Assembly (NCBI GenBank): GCA_003643975.1
Contig: QNAR01000001.1
Location: 1 to 34,479, forward strand
From: Thermotogota bacterium
Lineage (GTDB): Bacteria > Thermotogota > Thermotogae > Petrotogales > Kosmotogaceae
Length of the DNA stretch: 34,479 bases
Reading direction: 5' to 3'
Below are positions 26,003-34,479 of the stretch, one piece after another. Each line of letters opens with the position of its first letter. The stretch's first letter is position 1. Below the pieces are notes generated by a model that did not search any database, was not told where the DNA came from, and worked only from the letters and a program-made list of their open reading frames with translations. The translations under genes were made by a program, and so were the position numbers.

Positions 26003-27386
26003 TTTACTCTCATTTTTCTACGCCTCTGCAGCAGTTATTTACGTTTCTGCCAGGGATTTTGGCCTGATAGGTACTTCTATTGTTCTTGCTGTGGTATTGT
26101 TCATGCTTTATTCCACAAGAATCAAGGCTGGCTGCTCGGCTTTTGTTATGTTGCCTTTTCTGCTTTTTTTCAGCATCTTTGTGTCCATGGGAACCCGGAG
26201 ACTCGATTTTGGAAGTTCGTTGTACTTCTTCATAGTATATGCGGCAATTTTGCTCTCCCTTTCAGCGGAAATCTGGACCGCTATTACAGGGCTTGTGCTC
26301 TTTGGAATTAGCCTTTCCCTGGGTGGATTCAGTAGTGCAGATGCCGTGATTTTTGTCTTTATAGTACTGCTCTGGTTCTTCACAAGAAATTTGAAAATTC
26401 CCATCATTTTTCTGACGTTGTTCCCACTATTGGCCATCATAATACTTTTATCAGCCAGTGGGATTGAACTGAGTATCACGGACCAATTCATGCCCAAAAA
26501 CCAATCAGCAAGTGAAACACCATCTGCAACTGCATTTGAAGAGTCTGTACCAGCGGAACCATTCTCGAATAATCCGATGGACTTAAACCCATCACCTTCC
26601 AGAACAGATAAAACCGTACCGGGTAAATTGTTGTTTATTCCTGATTTTTTATTGAATTTTCTTCTTGTAATTGGAGCTATCTCCATGCTGTTCATGATTG
26701 TCAAAGTAAAGGCTTTCAGCGGCTACCTTAAAATCCTCCTTCTGGGGACAGCGATTTTTGCCATTGTAATAGCTGGTTCTAGCTCGATATTTATGTTCCT
26801 TAACCAGACTGAAAACAAACCAACCACTTCGGGAACGGGTATAGGTCCCCAATTTTCTGGAAAAGTCGGTAGTACCATTCCGGGCGTTATTTCTGAGACA
26901 GCATCTTCGACAGCTCCAGCAAAGATAGTCAACGGTTTTTTTAGTATGAGTATTGAATGGATACTCTTGATAGCCGCTTCCAGCATAGTTGTTTTTACAG
27001 CTTTAGCCTTGATTAAGCTGATGAAAAAGGTTGCTAACGAAGCGCCGGAGGAAAAAGCAAAAACCAAGGAAATACCGGAAGAAATCGAGCTCTTGCCGCT
27101 GGATAAGTTACCCGATTTACGCATTTCAAGGTCTTATATACTCGCTGCCTATTGGTGGCTGAGAAGAAAATATTTTTCTACTTTGCACCACCTCACTCCT
27201 TATGAACTTCTCACTCTGGAAAAGGGAGAGACTACCTTTGAAGAGCTAACTGAAATTTACGTAAGAACAAAATACGCAGGTAGGTCACCTTCAAAAACTG
27301 AATGCGAAAAGTTCCACCAGCTTCTGGTTATTCTCGCAAAAAGATATGAGTCTCCCGAGGAGCTTAACGCATATAACCATAGATAG
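25986..27386 (+). CDS. Polytopic membrane protein with C-terminal DUF4129-like domain
   Basis: Multiple TM segments, two S/T/P-rich loops, and C-terminal AYWW...HLTPYE...LTEIYVRTKYA. Usual third gene of MoxR-DUF58 operons. Confidence 0.7.
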   Translation: MKKLNDLLSFFYASAAVIYVSARDFGLIGTSIVLAVVLFMLYSTRIKAGCSAFVMLPFLLFFSIFVSMGTRRLDFGSSLYFFIVYAAILLSLSAEIWTAITGLVLFGISLSLGGFSSADAVIFVFIVLLWFFTRNLKIPIIFLTLFPLLAIIILLSASGIELSITDQFMPKNQSASETPSATAFEESVPAEPFSNNPMDLNPSPSRTDKTVPGKLLFIPDFLLNFLLVIGAISMLFMIVKVKAFSGYLKILLLGTAIFAIVIAGSSSIFMFLNQTENKPTTSGTGIGPQFSGKVGSTIPGVISETASSTAPAKIVNGFFSMSIEWILLIAASSIVVFTALALIKLMKKVANEAPEEKAKTKEIPEEIELLPLDKLPDLRISRSYILAAYWWLRRKYFSTLHHLTPYELLTLEKGETTFEELTEIYVRTKYAGRSPSKTECEKFHQLLVILAKRYESPEELNAYNHR

Positions 27387-27417
27387 ATACGTGTAAGTTT
27401 CTCACAGCTCAGTTTAA

Positions 27418-27462
27418 TTAAGATATTTATTCTTTGATTTTATAATACTTCTATGCTTTAAT
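27418..27462 (+). promoter_or_regulatory. Candidate overlapping sigma70 promoters of the rbs operon
   Basis: TTAAGA(27418)-17 nt-TATAAT(27441), and TTGATT(27434)-17 nt-TTTAAT(27457) with TG at 27454-55. Confidence 0.5.
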
Positions 27463-27469
27463 TGTTTAT

Positions 27470-27493
27470 GTAAACGTTTACGTAAACGTTTAC
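27470..27493. promoter_or_regulatory. Tandem LacI-type (RbsR) operator
   Basis: GTAAACGTTTAC occurs twice back to back. Each copy is a perfect palindrome with central CG, directly before the GGAGGT SD of the LacI gene. Confidence 0.85.
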
Positions 27494-27500
27494 TGGAGGT

Positions 27501-28493
27501 ATGAAAGTGCAAAAGCATCCCGGAATTAAGGACATTGCCCGGATTGCAGGGGTTTCTATTGCAACAGTCTCAAGAGTATTAAACGGTAATTCCTATGTAA
27601 GCCCAGAACTCTCTGAAAGGGTTTTGAAAGCTGCTGGTAAGTTGGGTTATCAACCAAATCGAATCGCCAGAGGCCTGCGAAAAGGAAAGACAAATACCAT
27701 AGGTTTTCTTATTCCTGATATTGAAAATCCCTTCTTTTCAGCAATTGTGAAAGGTGCAGAGAATTTTCTCAGGAAGTATGGTTATACTATCTTGCTTTGT
27801 AGTTCGGCTGGAAAGGCTGAAAGAGAAGATGAACTCTTAAATGTGCTTTATTCCCATAAAGTCGATGGATTGATGACCGTTCCCCTGGAATCTCAGAACC
27901 CCTATCTTGAAAGGATTGAGAAATTAAGCGTTCCTGTTGTCGTTATCGATGACATAATAAACCAAAAGAATATTTCATCAGTGGCTTCTGATAATTATTC
28001 GGGTATGAAAAAACTCATGCAGTATCTTCTCGATACCAATCACAGGTCCTTCGCCTTTCTCAGCGGTGATCCGCATACATACTCTGGTAAAGAGCGCTTA
28101 CAAGCCTTTAGAGATGTGATGGTTCAGGAAAAGGAAAAAGTGGAGTATGAAATTCTCCTTGGTACATATACTTTTAGCAGTGGAATAGAAATGCTCAGAA
28201 AGCTCAGAAAAATTCCCGATGCCATTGTTTGCGGCAATGATATGATAGCGTTCGGAGTCCTAACTGAACTGCAAAAATTGCATTATAAGATACCAAATGA
28301 TGTATCTGTTACAGGTTTTGATGACGTGCTTTTTTCAAAGATGACAAATCCTCCACTAACAACTGTGAGACAAGATTATTACATGATGGGAAGAGTTGCT
28401 GCTCAATTGTTGATAGAAGATCTGAATTATAAAAAGCGAAATAGCATTTTGCTAAAAACCGAATTGGTAATTAGGGGGAGTTCTCGTGGATGA
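27501..28493 (+). CDS. rbsR: LacI-family transcriptional regulator (ribose operon repressor)
   Basis: IKDIARIAGVSIATVSRVLN HTH, LGYQPNRIARGL, ND..A.G, GFDD and PPLTTVRQ motifs. First gene of the rbs cluster. Confidence 0.9.
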   Translation: MKVQKHPGIKDIARIAGVSIATVSRVLNGNSYVSPELSERVLKAAGKLGYQPNRIARGLRKGKTNTIGFLIPDIENPFFSAIVKGAENFLRKYGYTILLCSSAGKAEREDELLNVLYSHKVDGLMTVPLESQNPYLERIEKLSVPVVVIDDIINQKNISSVASDNYSGMKKLMQYLLDTNHRSFAFLSGDPHTYSGKERLQAFRDVMVQEKEKVEYEILLGTYTFSSGIEMLRKLRKIPDAIVCGNDMIAFGVLTELQKLHYKIPNDVSVTGFDDVLFSKMTNPPLTTVRQDYYMMGRVAAQLLIEDLNYKKRNSILLKTELVIRGSSRG

Positions 28494-29979
28494 ACCTGGG
28501 GTTATTTTGAAGATGGAGGGGATTACCAAGAAGTTCCCCGGAGTTCTTGCATTGGATAAAGTAAACTTCAGCATGAAAAAAGAGGAAATTCACGCCCTTG
28601 TAGGTGAAAACGGTGCAGGGAAATCAACTTTGATAAAGATTTTAAGCGGTGTTCATAAGCCCGACGAAGGAAAAATCTTTCTCGATGGGGAATATGTTGC
28701 CTTTTCCAATCCAATTCACGCTATTGAAAAGGGTATTTCGGTTATATATCAGGAGCTAAATTTAGTTGAGGAGCTGAGTGTTGCCGAGAATATATATTTG
28801 GGAAAGGAAAACAGAAACTGGTGGAACCTTGGAAAGAAAGTACTCATTGAAAGGGCTGAAAAGCTTCTGAGCAAATTGAACTTTCCAATTTCTGCGAGTG
28901 AGAAAGTAAAGAATCTCAACGTATCCGAAAAGCAACTGGTTGAAATAGCAAAAGCCATGGCTACCAACGCAAAAGTAATCGTTATGGATGAGCCAACAGC
29001 TACTATCACGGAACATGAGGCCAAGCAGCTCTTTTCTCTCATGAGAGGGCTTAAAGAGCAGGGGGTTTCAATAATTTTCATCTCTCACAGGCTTGAAGAA
29101 GTATTTGAGATCGCAGATTCAGTTACTGTGCTCAGAGATGGGAAGCTCATTTCCACCGGGAAAATCGATCAATATGACAAGAACCGCCTCATATCAGATG
29201 TTGTGGGTAGAACCATATCAGATATGTATCCAAAGGAAAACACGGTCACTGATGTCAACGCTTTTGAAGTTGAGGAGCTTTCAGTGCCTGGATACGTGAA
29301 TAGACTCTCTTTTAACGTGAAAAAAGGTGAAATTCTTGGCATTGCTGGCCTTGTCGGTTGCGGGAAGAGCGAAGTTGCACTCGCAATTTATGGAGGCATC
29401 AAGGCTCATGCCAAAAAGGCCTTGCTGGATGGTGAGAGGGTTTCTTTACCTACAAGACCCGATATTTCCCTCGAAAGAGGTGTTCTGTTGATTCCTGAAG
29501 ACAGAAAGAGCCAGGGACTTGTTTTGCTGCTGAGCGTCACAAAGAATATCGTTTTGCCCAACACAAAATTCATCACAAAGCTCGGTCACATCAGATGGAA
29601 AGAAGGGCGTAAAATTTCCGGAAACCTTGTCAAAAAGCTCAACATAAAGACCCCTACGTTAAGTCAAAAAGCGGAAAATCTCTCAGGTGGCAATCAGCAG
29701 AAAGTAGTTTTGGCAAAAGGGCTTGTTAGAAAACCAAAATTGATCATATTTGCAGAACCAACAAGGGGTATAGATGTTGGTGCAAAGGTAGAAGTTTACA
29801 AGCTCATGAATGAGCTTGCAAACCAGGGAGTTGGAATAATAATGATCTCTTCCGAACTTCCAGAAATCGTGAGCATGAGCGATAGGGTTTTGGTTATGCA
29901 TAGAGGTGTACAAAAAGCCATTCTTGAGGGCGAAAACATAAATCAGGAAAACATTATGGCTGCTGCTATGGGAGGTTGA
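28486..29979 (+). CDS. rbsA: Ribose ABC transporter ATP-binding protein (two NBDs)
   Basis: GENGAGKST, MDEPT, ISHRL, PEDRK, LSGGNQQK and SSELPE motifs. Confidence 0.92.
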   Translation: MDEPGVILKMEGITKKFPGVLALDKVNFSMKKEEIHALVGENGAGKSTLIKILSGVHKPDEGKIFLDGEYVAFSNPIHAIEKGISVIYQELNLVEELSVAENIYLGKENRNWWNLGKKVLIERAEKLLSKLNFPISASEKVKNLNVSEKQLVEIAKAMATNAKVIVMDEPTATITEHEAKQLFSLMRGLKEQGVSIIFISHRLEEVFEIADSVTVLRDGKLISTGKIDQYDKNRLISDVVGRTISDMYPKENTVTDVNAFEVEELSVPGYVNRLSFNVKKGEILGIAGLVGCGKSEVALAIYGGIKAHAKKALLDGERVSLPTRPDISLERGVLLIPEDRKSQGLVLLLSVTKNIVLPNTKFITKLGHIRWKEGRKISGNLVKKLNIKTPTLSQKAENLSGGNQQKVVLAKGLVRKPKLIIFAEPTRGIDVGAKVEVYKLMNELANQGVGIIMISSELPEIVSMSDRVLVMHRGVQKAILEGENINQENIMAAAMGG

Positions 29980-30908
29980 TGATTTTGCTTAAAAAATTCT
30001 TGAATCTTTTGAGGAAATTTCCCATAATTCTTGGCTTTATAGGAGTTGTGGTATTGTTCAGCATTCTCACCAACAGGTTTTTCACCTTATCGAATTTCTT
30101 GAATGTTTTCAGACAAATCTCTATTAACGCCATAATCGCATTTGGAATGACTTTTGTTATACTCTCCGGTGGAATAGACCTATCAGTTGGGTCAGTGTTT
30201 GCCCTGGCAGCAGTGGTTGGAGCTTCGATTATAAAAGGCGGAAATGTTTTTCTGGGTTCTCTGGCCGCGCTGGGTGTAGGGGCTGCCATGGGGGCTTTCA
30301 ACGGGGCTATTATCGCCAAACTCAAACTTCAACCTTTTATCGTCACGCTGGCTACAATGGCTATTGCCCGTAGCTTTACCCAGGTTTATACACAGGGCCG
30401 GCCCATAACAGGGCTCCCTTCAACTTTCAGGGAAATTGGAAGAGGAGAGCTGTTCAGCGTTCCGGTTCCAATTTATATCATGTTCGCGGTATTTTTCATC
30501 TCGCTGTACATACTCTCAAATACAAAGCTTGGTCTTTATACATACTCCATAGGTGGAAACGAGGAAGCCACCAGATTGAGTGGCATTAAAGTAATAAGAT
30601 ACAAGGTCACGATTTACACTATAAGCGGCTTACTCTCTGCACTTAGTGCCCTCATCTTAACCGCAAGGCTCAACAGCGCCCAGCCTATTTTTGGAACTGG
30701 ATATGAGCTGGATGCCATAGCCGCTGTGGTATTGGGGGGAACCAGCTTATCAGGGGGTAAAGGAACTATTATTGGAACGCTTTTTGGAGCTATGGTAATG
30801 GGAGTAATCAACAACGGCATGAATCTGGTTAATGTTTCGCCTTTTTACCAGCAAGCGGTTAAAGGTGCTGTTATTCTTTTGGCAGTAATGGCTGAACGTT
30901 CGGAATAA
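29976..30908 (+). CDS. rbsC: Ribose ABC transporter permease
   Basis: GGIDLSVGS, PFIVTLA, GGNEEA..LSGI and YELDAIAAVVLGGTS motifs. Exact start uncertain (29976/29979/29985). Confidence 0.92.
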   Translation: MMILLKKFLNLLRKFPIILGFIGVVVLFSILTNRFFTLSNFLNVFRQISINAIIAFGMTFVILSGGIDLSVGSVFALAAVVGASIIKGGNVFLGSLAALGVGAAMGAFNGAIIAKLKLQPFIVTLATMAIARSFTQVYTQGRPITGLPSTFREIGRGELFSVPVPIYIMFAVFFISLYILSNTKLGLYTYSIGGNEEATRLSGIKVIRYKVTIYTISGLLSALSALILTARLNSAQPIFGTGYELDAIAAVVLGGTSLSGGKGTIIGTLFGAMVMGVINNGMNLVNVSPFYQQAVKGAVILLAVMAERSE

Positions 30909-30909
30909 A

Positions 30910-30924
30910 TGGGGCTTAGCCCCA
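30910..30924 (+). other. Short stem-loop between rbsC and rbsB
   Basis: TGGGGC-TTA-GCCCCA followed by ATTTT. Confidence 0.5.
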
Positions 30925-30946
30925 ATTTTGAAGGGGAGGGAACACT

Positions 30947-31819
30947 ATGAAAAAGATCCTTTTAATTGCAGTATTGGTAATTTCTGTTTTCGCACTAGCG
31001 GCTAATTACCGGATAGGGCTTTCTTTGTCGACACTTAACAATCCTTTCTTCGTAACTCTCAGAGATGGCGCACAAGACATGGCAAACAAGCTTGGTGTGG
31101 AACTGATCGTTGCGGATGCCCAGGATAACCCTGCGAAACAGCTCAGTGATATCGAAGACTTCATACAACAGAGGTTGAACCTGATTATCATCAACCCCAC
31201 AGACAGCGATGCAATAGTTACAGCTGTGGAAGAAGCAAATGACGCTTTCATACCCGTAATTACAGTAGATAGGGCTTCCAATGGTGGGCTGGTTGTATGC
31301 CATATCGCCTCCGATAACGTCGCGGGCGGAAGGATGGCTGGCGAATTGGTAGCAAGCCTTCTCAAGGGTGAAGGAAACGTAGTGGAACTGGAAGGTATCG
31401 TTGGGACATCCGCTGCAAGAGACCGTGGAGCAGGCTTTGAAGAAGCCATAGCTAATTACCCCGGAATAAAGCTTGTAGCGAAACAAACGGCGAATTTCAA
31501 TCGTGCTGAAGGCCTTACAGTTATGGAGAACATACTCGAAGCCCATCCAGATATCGACGCAGTTTTTGCCCAGAATGATGAAATGGCCCTGGGAGCAATT
31601 GAAGCTATCAAAAGTGCCGGGCTTCTGGACAAAATCATCGTGGTAGGGTTCGACGCCATTGATGATGCCGTTGCAGCGGTACAAAAAGGAGAAATGACCG
31701 CAACAATAGCCCAGCAACCTTACAAGATGGGGGAACTCGCTGTTCAAAAAGCTTTTGAATATCTGTCCACCCAGACGATATACATCCCTGTCGATCTCAA
31801 GCTGGTAATGCAAGAATAA
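30947..31819 (+). CDS. rbsB: D-ribose ABC transporter substrate-binding protein
   Basis: LSTLNNPFFV, NPTDSDA, VDR, HIASDNVAGG, SAARDRG, ANFNR, QNDEMALGA and TIAQQP, which include RbsB ligand residues. Confidence 0.94.
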   Translation: MKKILLIAVLVISVFALAANYRIGLSLSTLNNPFFVTLRDGAQDMANKLGVELIVADAQDNPAKQLSDIEDFIQQRLNLIIINPTDSDAIVTAVEEANDAFIPVITVDRASNGGLVVCHIASDNVAGGRMAGELVASLLKGEGNVVELEGIVGTSAARDRGAGFEEAIANYPGIKLVAKQTANFNRAEGLTVMENILEAHPDIDAVFAQNDEMALGAIEAIKSAGLLDKIIVVGFDAIDDAVAAVQKGEMTATIAQQPYKMGELAVQKAFEYLSTQTIYIPVDLKLVMQE

Positions 31820-31825
31820 GTGCTG

Positions 31826-31851
31826 AATGGGGGCATTTGCCCCCATTTTTT
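31826..31851 (+). terminator. Terminator-like hairpin between rbsB and rbsK
   Basis: AATGGGGGC-ATTT-GCCCCCATT running into a T6 tract, 6 nt after the rbsB stop. Confidence 0.75.
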
Positions 31852-31867
31852 CTTTGGGAGGATAATT

Positions 31868-32767
31868 ATGATTGCAGTAATCGGTAGTAACAACGTTGAT
31901 ATAGTTTTGCGAGTACGGCACTTTACTTTGCCCGGTGAAACACAGAAAAGTGAGGAACTTCGATTTTTCCCCGGTGGAAAAGGGGCAAATCAAGCAGTTG
32001 CTTCTAAAAGGCTCGGGGCTGATATTTATTTCCTAAGCTGTGTGGGTAATGACGCCAACGGGCAATTTATCACTGGAAAATTAAAAGATGAGGGATTAGA
32101 AGAGCATCTCGTTCCAACCAATGTACCAAATGGAGTTGCTGTTATCGAGGTAACCCGTTCTGGCGAGAATAGAATAGTGATTTACTCAGGTGCCAACGCT
32201 CATTTAACGGAAGAGCTTGTGAATTCTAAAAGAGAAGAGCTTTTAAAAGCAGATTTTCTCTTGCTTCAGAATGAAATTCCTTTTGCAGCGACTTTAGTAG
32301 CGGCGAAGTTGTTTAAGGATGCAGGAAAATTCGTCATATTCGATCCAGCACCGGCTACTGAAATCAGCGATGAAATCTCAAAATACGTGGACATAATAAC
32401 ACCAAATGAAGAAGAAGCCAAAGCAATAGCCAAGGCTGATATGTCTCCAAAGGCGCTTGTCGATGCTCTTTTAAAAATGGGATTTGGCAATGTATTGCTC
32501 AAACTTGGAAGCAAAGGCGGGATATTCAAAGGCGAACTCGGTTCTTTTGATTTTCGGGCTTTTGAAGTTAATACTGTGGACTCAACAGCAGCTGGTGATG
32601 CTTTTAATGGTGCACTTGCAACCGCACTGAATCGAAAAATGGACATTAAAGAAGCCGTGAAATTTGCCAGTGCTGCTGCGGCCATATCTGTTACCAGACA
32701 GGGAGCTCAGCCTTCACTTCCATATTTGGACGAAGTAATTTCTTTTCTCAGTGAGGTGAAGAAATGA
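31868..32767 (+). CDS. rbsK: Ribokinase
   Basis: GSNNVD, PGET, GGKGANQAVA, QNEIP, TPNEEE and VDSTAAGDAF motifs. Start corrected from 31820 to ATG 31868 (SD GGGAGG; the upstream extension is the hairpin). Confidence 0.95.
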   Translation: MIAVIGSNNVDIVLRVRHFTLPGETQKSEELRFFPGGKGANQAVASKRLGADIYFLSCVGNDANGQFITGKLKDEGLEEHLVPTNVPNGVAVIEVTRSGENRIVIYSGANAHLTEELVNSKREELLKADFLLLQNEIPFAATLVAAKLFKDAGKFVIFDPAPATEISDEISKYVDIITPNEEEAKAIAKADMSPKALVDALLKMGFGNVLLKLGSKGGIFKGELGSFDFRAFEVNTVDSTAAGDAFNGALATALNRKMDIKEAVKFASAAAAISVTRQGAQPSLPYLDEVISFLSEVKK

Positions 32768-33162
32768 AAAAAACTGGAATAATAAATAGAGAGCTTGGAG
32801 CTGTTATAGTCAAGCTGGGGCATACTGATGCCATTACAGTGTGTGATTGCGGATTACCACTTTCCGAAGAGAAAAAAGTTATCGACCTCTCCATGAGAAA
32901 GGGCTTTCCGGGATTGATAGAAATTCTTCAGCCGCTCCTCGAAGAAATTGTCGTTGAAAGAGCTATATTGGCCAAGGAGATAATAAAAGCAAACCCCGAA
33001 ATGCACAAAAAACTCTTGGAACTGTTAAAGAATGTGGATATTGAATATGTAGAGCACGAAGATTTCAAACATATGGCACTCGAAAAGTCCAGAGCCATAG
33101 TGAGAACAGGTGAAGCTACACCTTATTCCAATGTCATTCTCTTTTCAGGGGTAGACTTCTAA
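32764..33162 (+). CDS. rbsD: D-ribose pyranase
   Basis: LGHTD..VCDCGLP, IDLS, HEDFK and RTGEATPYSNVIL.SGV.F motifs. Confidence 0.96.
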   Translation: MKKTGIINRELGAVIVKLGHTDAITVCDCGLPLSEEKKVIDLSMRKGFPGLIEILQPLLEEIVVERAILAKEIIKANPEMHKKLLELLKNVDIEYVEHEDFKHMALEKSRAIVRTGEATPYSNVILFSGVDF

Positions 33163-34340
33163 AAGCCTACAATAAGAAAGTAAATACACACAGTTACCAA
33201 GGTAGAAACACTCAGTGGAATAATTATCCTTCTCACCAATGCCGTATAGCTGACAGAAAAGTATTGGGTAGTGAGTGCAACACAGAGATGCACTGGTGAG
33301 AGTAAAACCCCTGCAACGGCAAAGGTATAGGCGAGCAGGGCAGAAGGGAACATAACCTGCGTTGCAACAAGGCTCATCAACAATGGAAAGCTCAGTCCCA
33401 CAGATGCCTGGGTAACACCCGTCATCATTCCCATAATAAAAGGCAACGCGATAATCACCAGAACCGGCGGCACAGACCATGAAAGCAATTCATTGCTCAT
33501 GGTTTCGGGGATGTGCGATATCTCCACAAAAGCTTTGAAGAAAAAAACTGCAAGCAACAGAAAAAAGGTTTTCCACTTCAAGGAATTTTTGAAAATTTTA
33601 AGCCTATCCTTTTTTGTGAACAAATATATCAAGGATACAGCAAGCACTACAAGCCAGCCCGGTTGATTCAAAATAACCAGAACTATCACCATGGCTATGG
33701 GCCATGAAGAAATGAGCAATTCTTTAAGGGCATCAAGAGAGAATTTGATCTCAGGTCTTATCCTGACCATATAGAGATAACCTATGACAATTGCTGCGAT
33801 TCCCGCCGGGAGCATTCCGATAATCATCGATTTCAGTGGAGTATTTGCCATACTCGAAGCTATAACTATTGCTGGATACAAAGGCCAAAAGTACTCCATA
33901 GAATGTCTAAACCAATAATTCGTTACCATTGAATCTTCATTTGTAATGGTAGGATCTCTAAGCGCCATTTCTTTAACCATCGGCGCCGAGAACATAGCGC
34001 CTCCGGGCATTGGAAGCAGGCCCATGGTGGCTGGCATTAAAGAAATCGCAACTCTTGGAGCGGTGAATATCCTACCAATCGCAGAAGTAAACCTGGCGGC
34101 ATCACCGCTACGATTAAGCGTTTCACCCAGGAGATAAATGGAAAAGATCGTTATCATTACTTTCCAGAAATTCCAATCCGACACTTCTTTAACAAAGGCA
34201 TCATAATACAGCACAGGTTCAATTAAAAGCATCATACCTATTGCTAAAATTGCTATGATGAGAGAAATCGTGATATCTTTTATATAGCGTAGAGATAGCA
34301 TCATTGCTAAAATCCCAAGAAATACCGATAGTGTTGTCAT
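33159..34340 (-). CDS. DUF401-family membrane protein (ion-transporter superfamily-like)
   Basis: PA..GLLPMPGGAMFSAP, NYWFRH..E..WPLYP and LLSPVHLC motifs; many TM helices. Convergent 4-nt overlap with rbsD. Confidence 0.82.
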   Translation of the reverse strand: MTTLSVFLGILAMMLSLRYIKDITISLIIAILAIGMMLLIEPVLYYDAFVKEVSDWNFWKVMITIFSIYLLGETLNRSGDAARFTSAIGRIFTAPRVAISLMPATMGLLPMPGGAMFSAPMVKEMALRDPTITNEDSMVTNYWFRHSMEYFWPLYPAIVIASSMANTPLKSMIIGMLPAGIAAIVIGYLYMVRIRPEIKFSLDALKELLISSWPIAMVIVLVILNQPGWLVVLAVSLIYLFTKKDRLKIFKNSLKWKTFFLLLAVFFFKAFVEISHIPETMSNELLSWSVPPVLVIIALPFIMGMMTGVTQASVGLSFPLLMSLVATQVMFPSALLAYTFAVAGVLLSPVHLCVALTTQYFSVSYTALVRRIIIPLSVSTLVTVCIYFLIVGF

Positions 34341-34394
34341 GGAATCACCTTAGAAATAGTTTGCATAACGAATTATACAACAGGAGTGATAATT

Positions 34395-34479
34395 ATGGGA
34401 GGCCAAAAGGAAAATATTTTTGCTCTGAGATTTTCAAAAGAACTCCAGATTATTAACGAAAAATCTATGGATGGCGGCA
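34395..34479 (+). CDS. Start of an unidentified CDS running off the right edge
   Basis: SD AGGAGTG, then ATG 34395 and an open frame MGGQKENIFALRFSKELQIINEKSMDGG to the window end. Confidence 0.55.
   Translation, partial: MGGQKENIFALRFSKELQIINEKSMDGG

Noticed and set aside
31820-31867. N-terminal extension of rbsK
   Set aside because: It spans the terminator-like hairpin and the SD; the ribokinase fold begins at ATG 31868.
30995-31993. 332-aa minus-strand ORF
   Set aside because: Antisense shadow of rbsB/rbsK; no recognisable motifs and atypical C/F/H-rich composition.
27501-33162. Functional link of the ribose operon (ribose-5-P as TK acceptor, RbsR as the iol regulator) to the inositol operon
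   Set aside because: 13 kb apart with different operator sequences; proximity alone is insufficient.
1-34479. CRISPR arrays, IS elements, prophage, tRNA/rRNA, defence systems
   Set aside because: No repeat-spacer periodicity, transposase/integrase motifs or structural RNA genes were recognised on manual reading.

Overview
Bacterial window with no mobile elements, rRNA, tRNA or CRISPR that I can support. The gene families and the solute-binding proteins without a lipobox Cys suggest Thermotogota (Kosmotoga/Mesotoga-like); this is inference only. (1) A tightly coupled minus-strand operon of more than 14.4 kb runs from 14458 off the left edge: archaeal-type GAPDH homolog, PGK homolog, LarA-family racemase, split transketolase, iolB, iolD, iolE, two iolG paralogs, malic enzyme and a sugar ABC transporter. 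The usual lower inositol pathway (iolC/iolJ/iolA) is not in the window. The extra genes can be assembled into a stereochemically consistent alternative route: 2-deoxy-5-keto-D-gluconate -> (transketolase) D-malate semialdehyde -> (GAPDH-like) D-malyl-phosphate -> (PGK-like, ATP) D-malate -> (LarA-like) L-malate -> (malic enzyme) pyruvate. Substrate-phosphate-binding motifs of PGK, GAPDH and transketolase are altered in a way that fits. This is my top candidate for an undescribed system. (2) An orphan BMP-family binding protein, an unannotated truncated DUF2202 remnant, tag, an MMPL/RND transporter, an M24-like protein and a GPH-MFS + YghO-like GNAT pair. (3) A clear fluoride (crcB) riboswitch with an overlapping terminator, leading DUF6062-MoxR-DUF58-membrane protein genes rather than a fluoride exporter. 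(4) A ribose operon rbsRACBKD with a perfect tandem LacI-type operator, then a DUF401 gene and a partial CDS at the right edge.
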